Source of the DNA: Eledone cirrhosa
Lineage: Eukaryota
DNA: 64,000 bases
Reading direction: 5' to 3'
NCBI GenBank assembly: GCA_964016885.1
Contig: OZ024743.1
Span: forward strand, 145,452,001 to 145,516,000
Numbering within the stretch: position 1 is the stretch's first letter; the number at the start of each line of letters is the position of its first letter. A program made the position numbers and the translations under genes. A model generated the notes under the pieces. It was not told the DNA's origin. It made no database searches and saw nothing but the letters and a program-made list of their open reading frames with translations. Of the stretch, positions 55,352 to 64,000 are shown one piece after another.

Positions 55352-56160
55352 ATTCTATGCATGTATGCTGCAATGTACCAGGCCTCTTCTTCCGAGCGTT
55401 GGTCGAGTGCTTCCCGCGCTCGAGCAGATACCACAAGATTTTCAACCCCCAGACGGAGAGGTTCTCCTTCTCCACCGCACCTAACATGGCAGACTACATG
55501 GCCAAAACCAACGCGGCGAAAATGGGGAACCTCGACCGTCAATCGTAGGCGGGAGGGCTCCTTGCAGACAACAACCCGGCCCATGCGGCGGCCGCTACGC
55601 CCGCGGAAGACGATACAATCCAACGCCGGGCGGAAATGAGTGGCGGAGGGGACCACCGTCTCGGCAGAACAACACCCAGAGAATCGGGAGAGGGCCGTGG
55701 CAGATCAAGGGCCAGGCGTCCGAAATGAACAATATAACGACAGAACGTGCAACTGCAGAGCGGGCACACAGTGCCCTCTGCAGGAAAGATGCCTAACGAA
55801 TGGCCTGGTATATAAATGTGTGGTTAGCACGCACAATATACATTGGCGTACATCGGCGCAACATCCACGACCTTTAAATCGCGGATGTATAACCACACAA
55901 ACTCTTTCAAGGACCAGAGCAAGAGGCACTCTACCAGGCTGGCGGACCTGGTGTGGGACTTGAAAGACAAAGGGTACCCCGTATGCCCTCAACTGGAGTA
56001 TTGTTCGGCACGGGAATGCATATTCGGCTGGAAATAGAAAGTGTAGGCTATGCCTATCCGAGGCCATGGAGATTGTCAAACTGAAGGATGATGCGGTCAA
56101 CCTGAAATCAGAAATAATCATGACGTGCAGACATCAGAGAAGGTGTACACTCTCCGCATG
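55352..56160 (+). pseudogene. Naiad-type Penelope-like element 3' coding fragment (linker + GIY-YIG endonuclease), frameshifted; 3' UTR may extend to ~56730
   Basis: FFRALVECFP..YHKIFN..FSFSTAPNM; CNCR..CPL..CL..LVYKC; YIGATSTTFKSRMYNHTNSF..HSTRLADLVWDLK; CRLCLSE..KSEIIMTCRH. Confidence 0.88.
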
Positions 56161-56756
56161 GAATCCATCGGGCAGCCCAAGCTAAAGGCATGCAGCGCAA
56201 CGCACGCCGACCAGAGCGGCGAAACGGTTTCAAGGGATCAGACACCATACCCTGTCAGCCGAAATAACCCAGGATGCCTACCCGACTCTGCACGTCACCC
56301 TAGGCAAAAACATCGCCTGAGCCGGAGCAGGCTAACCCGGATTCCATTGATATTCAGTCAACTGCCTTACACCAATAAGACACTATACCTCAACCACAGT
56401 CTACGCACCCTCCTGCATGTGTATCTTTTCAGTAGAGAGTGCATACTCTCCACGCATTCCATTTTGTAAACCTAATGTATTTTCCATACACAGACTCACG
56501 TGTGTATCTCATACTTCTCTTGTGTACTATCTCATATGCATACACGTTCTTTCTTCTTTTTTTTATATATTCTGCACGCATTTTCGGCCTGCGCATACTA
56601 TTTACTGTAATATCATGAACGCACTTTATGTGGCTTTGCGTGAAGATTCCATACGTGGATTGATCCATGTTCGCAACGTAATAACATCTCTGTAGGCACA
56701 TATAACAAGGTGCACCCTTTCATGTATAGCCCACTATGTATCTTTATGTATATTAA

Positions 56757-56945
56757 GGTGGTGAATTGGCAGTATCGGTAGAGGGTCGGACGCCATGCTT
56801 TGCAGCATAGTTACGTCCCTTTACGGACTGAGTTCAAATCCTGCCGAGGTCAACTTTACTTTTCATCCTTACGGGGGTTGATAAAATAAAGTACCAGTAA
56901 AATGCACTGGGTAATTGGTGGCCTTGTGCCATAAGTAGAAACAGT
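56757..56945 (+). mobile_element. SINE family B copy
   Basis: Matches the family B consensus. Confidence 0.87.
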
Positions 56946-56971
56946 TATATGTATATTTTTATATATATATA

Positions 56972-57013
<42 letters not shown>

Positions 57014-57300
57014 GAGCGAGTGTGTATCCGTGTGTGTATATATGTATATGGGTACGTGTATATATGTGTGTGCGTGGATGGGGGGGGGGGGTCTATCTAT
57101 ATGTCTGTACGTGTTTGTGTGTACGGGTATATATACGCGTATGCATATGTATGCACATGTGTGTGTGTATGTTGATGTATATAGGCATGTGTCTGTGTAT
57201 GTATGTGTCTCTCTGGATGCATGTATGTGTATGTTTATATGTTTATATGTTCTCCTTAAATGTGTGTGTTTAGCGGGCATATATGCGTACGACTGTCGTT

Positions 57301-57370
<70 letters not shown>

Positions 57371-57826
57371 GTGTGCGTGCGCGCGCGCGCGTGGATGTGT
57401 AAACTACCAAACACAGCAGTAATTTATTGAAGTGTAGCAGACATGGAACAGCTAATGCCCTGATGGTCAGCGGACTGGTACATGTGGTCAGAATTATGAT
57501 GAGGTAGACTACCAGCGGCCAATCACAGGACACGCCAAGAAGATGAAGTTTTTGACGGTATGGCCCAGAGGGTCAGATACCCCAGTGAGAGAATATGCTC
57601 CGAAATCATTAGACGTGTCCGTCGAACCTGCGGGTCCAGAATCAGACAGATCCACACAATGATCGCGTCTCGAGCTGTCGGCCGGCGAAACAATTTGTAA
57701 CACACAATAAATTGAGTTCAGATGCATCACTGATTTTTCGTTTTCTATCCTAACATACTCTGCTCTGTAAGAGCATAGAGTGCTCAACCAGCATACCGCC
57801 TATGGAAGCATCTTAGCTACCATCAG

Positions 57827-57894
<68 letters not shown>

Positions 57895-57900
<6 letters not shown>

Positions 57901-60060
57901 GTGTTAAGCAATATTCAATGATTATGTCAAAGAATGAGTTTTAAAACTGATCAAAAAACATACAATTACATTGCATCAACCTCGTCCACATTCAAAGCCC
58001 GTTTTGCGAACCATAAATGCTCATTCTCGAACTCTAAGAGGAAATCATCCACGTCTTTATCACAGCTCATATGGTCTTTAAAAGAGAAGAATTTAAAATA
58101 CTCCACTCTTTTGACAAAACTTCGGAACTGTGGAATTTACCGCAACTCTAGTATATCAAATAACTGCCCGCTCTGTACAATGGAGACCCTGTTGATTATT
58201 AATAATTATGAGATTAACAAAGAAAGTGAATTAACAAAGAAAGTGAATTATTCTCTAGTTGCCTCCATAAAGCTACGTCCACTTTTTTAGCCTCACATAA
58301 ATCGAGAAAGAAAGAAACAATTACACCAAACCAATAACAACTCGGTTACCAGGAATATATAATCTAAAGTGAAAAACTTTAATGGCCTTTAATATTGCTT
58401 TATTTTATAACTATCTAGAGAAGAAACAACGCTAGAATGAATGACAATTTTTCAATTAACATGCCTAAACATTGATACACACAACATTATTTGTTAACTT
58501 TAATCAATACCATCATTTCTTTATTTCCTTATTTCTCTATCTTCCTATCTATGATTATAATTTAGTATAATACCTAATCCTTACATATTTACGGAATTTA
58601 TTTAACTGTGAATTTTTAATACATTTGTGATCTCTTTTAAATTTTAAATTTTAGTTTAATACCCAATCCATAAATTTTTATGAAACTTATCTATAACTCT
58701 AAATTTTTAATGAGTTTTTTATCTATTATTTATAGTATAATATAGCATATATTTCTTTTAAATATATTTACTGCACTATAAAATCTAAAATTTGAGACGG
58801 ATTCAAGCTTATATATAAATGTGAATTTTTTATTTTTTTTTTTGCTGCGCTTTCGATCTCTTATTTATTTATAATATAATGTATTATAATATGTATGTAG
58901 TTATATATTATATTTTATATATTTTTGAATATTTTTAAATATACCTACCACATTTCTATATATATGATTCAAATATAGAGAAAATATCCAAACTAAAATT
59001 TATTATAGATATTATTTTGAACTCTGTACTATCCATGCACTCATTGTTGTTTTTCTTATATATATATATATGTGTGTGTGTGTATTTGAATGTGATACGT
59101 TGATAAAATTATAACTGTTATCATTTACCTAAAGTATACTACACTAATAATACCTAATATATATCTATATATATACATCCCTATATCTAATAATATGTTG
59201 ATATCTTGGTTGAAGAATAATTAGTACATTTACACCCAGTTATACATATGTATATATTTATCCTTAACATCCTTCAATATATTATCTTATTTTATTTTTA
59301 TCTTCGTCGTTATTATTTACCTTAAACATACCGGCTCATTAATATATACCTATATACATAATAGTTATTTAAATATTTATAACAATAAGTACTTCAAAGG
59401 CATTACATACCTAATATGTTGGTATATTTGTTAAAGTTTGAATTTAGGTAAATAATCAACAGTATAATATTTCATTATTTATGTGCCAGCTAAATCCTTT
59501 AAATGCTACCCTCATAAAATTCAGAAGTTTATAAATGATAACACACTTATCGAATTTATAAAAATAATATATAAATAACCAGCAAATAATCCTGAAATCT
59601 GGAGTCTTCACCCTAATATTATAAATTAAATATTTTCAAATTTAACCGTCTAACTTTCGAACACCCCCCCCCCCCCACACACACACACTTTATTTTTCCC
59701 TCTTTATAAATCCTTTTCCAGTGGCTATCACTGGCTGTTATGATTCATGAGACGTTTTCCTAGATATATCGTAGTATCATACACTTTAAAACTTTTAGAA
59801 CAGTTACAGTAAGCAACGTTTTTTATTACTCATACATTCTCTAATGAATTTATTACGTTTTCGCATTTTCTCATAAATAGGATATAAGTAAAATTTTCGC
59901 TCGGGTTAATCACTACATTAATTAAATCTTAACCATTTAACATCTCAGGGTATGTCAGGTATCATTATATTTTGTCTGATGAGGAGGTACTGTTGTACAT
60001 CCGAAATATGTATAATAAAATGTAATTGATCAAAAGAACATCTATTTTATTAATACTTTT
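57895..60060 (+). mobile_element. 5'-truncated Naiad-type PLE: GIY-YIG C-terminus, long AT-rich 3' region, terminal HHR; TA tracts on both sides
   Basis: ORF 57934-58290 has YIASTSSTFKARFANHKCSF..STSLSQLIWSLK..CPLCTME. HHR at 59964-60026. Continuity across the AT-rich region is inferred. Confidence 0.72.
59964..60026 (+). ncRNA. Minimal type-I hammerhead ribozyme, intact core
   Basis: 12-bp stem I (ATTATATTTTGT/ATAAAATGTAAT), CTGATGA, GGAGGTAC tgtt GTACATCC, GAAA, TATGTA, TA. Predicted cleavage after 60014. Confidence 0.88.
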
Positions 60061-60234
60061 ATACATCTATTTTATTAATATTTTTTTATATATATATATA
60101 TATATATATATTCCCACTGTCCCGATAACTTAATTGAGTTATCGCTCGCACTGATTTTAGGTATCTAGTCTTTAATGCGTCGAAATACCAACGATAATCA
60201 GCAGACTACTGAAGAGGACATTTTACCCCATGTC

Positions 60235-60326
<92 letters not shown>

Positions 60327-63239
60327 CTGTTGTCACCCACATGAACAATCACGCCAACTTCTTTTTACGCATGAACAACATGTCTGCCCACCACCCTTTT
60401 CCACACGCCTCTACTCAGAAATCACATACCTACCTCCCCACTTTCTTCGTCTATTATTATCCTGACTACTAGATAAAAACATACGGGCATTTCTTTTCTT
60501 GTTATCTCTCTTCACTATTTTGATAAAGGGTTTGTGTTCAAAACGTTGATTCTCCACTTATTCATGGCAAAATATATTGGCTTTACATTTATCTTTTCTT
60601 ACTTGTCTCCATCCTTTCTTTGCGGGAACATATATGTCTGGTGTAGACAGTGCACAGCTGGTAGTCTGAAAGAACCACATTAGGAATATCACCAATATCA
60701 AATTATATGAGATTGTTCTAAAAAGTCTAATATGCTGATTGCCACATTAATGAAGATCTTAAAAAAATAAAATGGCGGCAACAATTACAACAGCATCCTT
60801 TTCTTCTCGGATATAGTTCTGTAAAATCTATGAATAGAAAATATAACGTTTGTAACGGACTAGAGGTTATATCAAAGCACGTTATAACACGCATTGACTA
60901 ATCGATTTCTCATTATATATGCAACAGCTATTATTCTGAAATAACCGCTAGGTGATACACATAATATATATGGTAATGAAATTACACAATGCAAGTAAGC
61001 CACTCAACTTAATACTAAATTTATAACAAAAAGGTTATTTTGTGCCGGACACTTAAATCTTGGCCTGAAATATACGGTGAACGATAATCATCGAACATCA
61101 TATTTACATTGTATAAATGTACAGCCCAAAATGGACTGGGATTCTTAAGTTCAGATTAATGAAAAGAGAAGTGTTGCCCTAAGGAAAATATCATCGTTTC
61201 GAACATAAGCCCTATATAAAGATAGAGAGAGGATGGTTTAATAAGAAAGAAACATATCCGTATTGTCCTATCTAAGGGATTGTTTGGCTTTCTTTGATGG
61301 ATTTTTTGTGTCTCCTTGTATGTTGTGAATGTTGTGGATATGCTCTGTACAAATCTTAGTATTTGTATTTTCTGTTTGTGCGATATGATTAATATTGTTA
61401 ATGTCCTAAGCTATACATATTTCTTTCCATAGATACTCGAAACAAAACTCTCTACCCTACCATCTATTATAACGTATATGTGTGTGCGTATATATGTGAA
61501 TGCGTACGGGTGTATAAGTTAACAGTTTAAAGATAACGTACCTTCCTAGTTGCACATGAACATATAAGGAATTTTGGTTTTTCAGTTTTTGCATTAATTA
61601 TATTCATCAAGGTTACTTTCTATTTAAATAAGAGATGCTTTTAAAGCAATGATATATGACTAGGTAAATGACCTGACCTGAATACATTTATTAGCTGGTT
61701 TAGTGTGTATAAAAGAGCTCTCATTACCGAATAACATTACAGCAATCGATCATTACGTTATCTTTTTCTAAGTTTCCTATATATTATTCATTTTAGCCAA
61801 ACCTATAAAAAATACCAGCCTCCAATAATAGTCGTTGTCAAAGATTTGATCCCAAAACTGCAGTTGCTTCACCGTTAATTCAAGCACATAGTTATTTGAA
61901 ACCATTTCTTGGCCTTATACTGGTATTCAGTATCTCAAGGTTATGGGATAGAGAGAGAAATAGAGTAAACAGCGTAATTAAGAGGGATGGAATAATTGGG
62001 TATATTGAATGCATTAAATATGATACGCAGAACCGATTCATGTTCGTTACTTATAAGCGTTAATTATATTGATTTTACCTTTGTGTCAACTTTACTACCT
62101 ACTCAAATATCTAAATAGAAACAAAAACAAGTGGCCTCAATGTTACGTGATATTTAATTAAAATATACAACGTCAGTGGTTTGCTTTGTGAAATAAGATA
62201 GTTGAATATCTTGTGATGACAAAACTAGAAAAAGATAGCAAAAACCTCCATAGAGATTTAATATAGATGTCATTGTTATTTAACAAATATTTGGAAATCT
62301 ATATAAACAATAAATGTTCTATAATTAATGAAATGTTGGTAAAATAATATCAATATTGCTCAACTAAAGTATTATGAAAGACAAATATTGTATTCAGAAA
62401 TAATAATTCTTTTTGTTTTACTATTTTTTTATATTTTTAGTAAACATCATTTCCTTTCTTTAAGCTTTACTCATTAATTCACACAATTGATTTTTCACGG
62501 TTCAATAGTTTTAATATAGTAGACTGACACAGACAGTGTTCATTACTTGTTCACAAACGTTTAAATGGCATAACCGTATTCATATCGAAGCAGTTTACAC
62601 ATTTTGTTACTACATTAATTATATAGTGTAGAACTTTGTAACTTTGAAGCATTTTATCAAAACGATTCACACGTTTTTTTTTTATATTATATCGATTTAT
62701 TGATATAAAAACTTTAATATACTTGCTTTACACATTTATTAAAATACACGTCTTCACTAATACTGTTCAAGAGAATACGAGAATGTATCGAACCGCTATC
62801 AAAAATCTGTCAAAGGCGTAAATGCAATCTCTGATGTTTTTCTGTGCACATAGGAAATAACAGAAAATGTGTTTACACTTGTTCGTTTTCACAGGGAGGT
62901 TTGAAATCTACAAACTAGTTGTATCTACATTAAATTTAACTTATACACATATATACATATGTGTGTTTGTATATGCGTGTGCGCGCGCGCATGCACGTAC
63001 GTGTTTTAGAGAGAGGAGAATGAGAAAGGTTGAAAGTCAGTTTGTGTGTATATAAAGTTGAACGTATCTATAAATATGTACTGTTGCTTTATTTATTGAC
63101 GGGCAAAGCCAGCGCAAATACCACAAGGCATTTAATTAATGCTTCTCACACACACACACACACATACACACACAGAAATGAACCTAAACATCGAGTGTTC
63201 ACCCGGGTGAACCTACATTAACTCCACGTTACACTCCCT

Positions 63240-63285
<46 letters not shown>

Positions 63286-63340
63286 CTATCATTTAGCTGT
63301 CGAAACGGCCGAAGCTCAGCCGTCGGGGTCCTGACTCTTT

Positions 63341-63407
<67 letters not shown>

Positions 63408-63455
63408 AGAAGTGCAAGTCAACAGGGTAAAATTAACTTCGTTTATTTATATTCT

Positions 63456-63512
63456 CCATTATGTATATTTCGGTGATAAATATTATTCAACTGTTATGAC
63501 CTCATCAGACAG
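63456..63512 (-). ncRNA. Minimal type-I hammerhead ribozyme, intact core
   Basis: Minus strand CTGT-CTGATGA-GGTCATAA...TTATCACC-GAAA-TATACA-TA-ATGG, near a TA tract. Confidence 0.72.
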
Positions 63513-64000
63513 CTAGAACTTGAACAGAAAAAACAGAAAAACATAATGATGGAACAAAGTTTGCCTCTGTTATTTCGATCTTTTGATATGCCCAGTCCTG
63601 AAGTATGGTGTTGTTTTCTATCAAAGAACTGATGAAAACAACAATATATATATCCTCAAATGTATTCTAAGCAGTTCCGGTGGGTAGCAGCTACGAGGAT
63701 ACACAATCACGATAAGGGACAATAAGTCCGAAACAATTGTCGACTGTTTTTTTCTCTGCTACCGCTGGAACAAAAGTATGACGTTGTCATCTAGAAAACA
63801 CACATGGTGTCATGAGGCTGTTTGCTTGCAAACAAACCGAATATTAATAATATTATTATTATATATTATTAATTATTATTATTCACTCACGAATACGTTT
63901 AGGTATCCACCATGTCAGAACGAAAATTTCGTTTTTAATTTTCGGCAAAGCCGTAAAATCGGTCCGTATGTTTTATAGGTTTGTGCAACAGCCCTTCATC

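Noticed and set aside
55700-56660. Selenoprotein/SECIS features known from some Naiad elements
   Set aside because: The conserved Cys codons here are TGC/TGT. The ATGAA...TGAA hairpin at ~56615-56645 is too short and lacks the apical AA.
60160-60235. GGTATC-TAGTCT...GAAATACC...AGACTA-CTGAAGA-GGACAT..ATGTCT as a permuted hammerhead
   Set aside because: The order of parts fits no HHR topology and GAAA is missing after stem II; truncated or coincidental.
63703-63746. GGAC-aataa-GTCC-GAAA-CAATTG-TC-GACT (also a 3' half at ~39033-39055 on minus)
   Set aside because: Only the 3' half of an HHR is recognisable, so not called as a feature.

Overview
AT-rich, microsatellite-dense animal DNA with no recognisable host gene. 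The SINE families and repeat landscape fit an octopus/coleoid cephalopod best (inference). Conventional content: three Tx1-clade (L1-like) LINEs packed at (ATT)n tails (41.9-55.35 kb), three fragments of Naiad-type Penelope-like elements (one RT, two GIY-YIG), a decayed RTE LINE, two tRNA-derived SINE families, tandem non-autonomous Helitrons and a hAT MITE. The main signal missed by the ORF track is about 20 type-I hammerhead ribozyme (HHR) motifs, folded by hand. About a dozen have an intact CUGANGA/GAAA/UH core. They sit in several unrelated non-coding units of 287-661 nt, mostly inside (TA)n tracts, arranged as monomers with short terminal redundancy, head-to-tail arrays or head-to-head inversions. 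This looks like a retrozyme-like (possibly circRNA-producing) system mobilised by Naiad elements. Several families share an extended loop II with a covarying pseudoknot to the 5' flank. A second signal is a 3' stem-loop plus (ATT) tail shared by the Tx1 LINEs and the most abundant SINE. All RNA structures were derived by eye and none has been tested.
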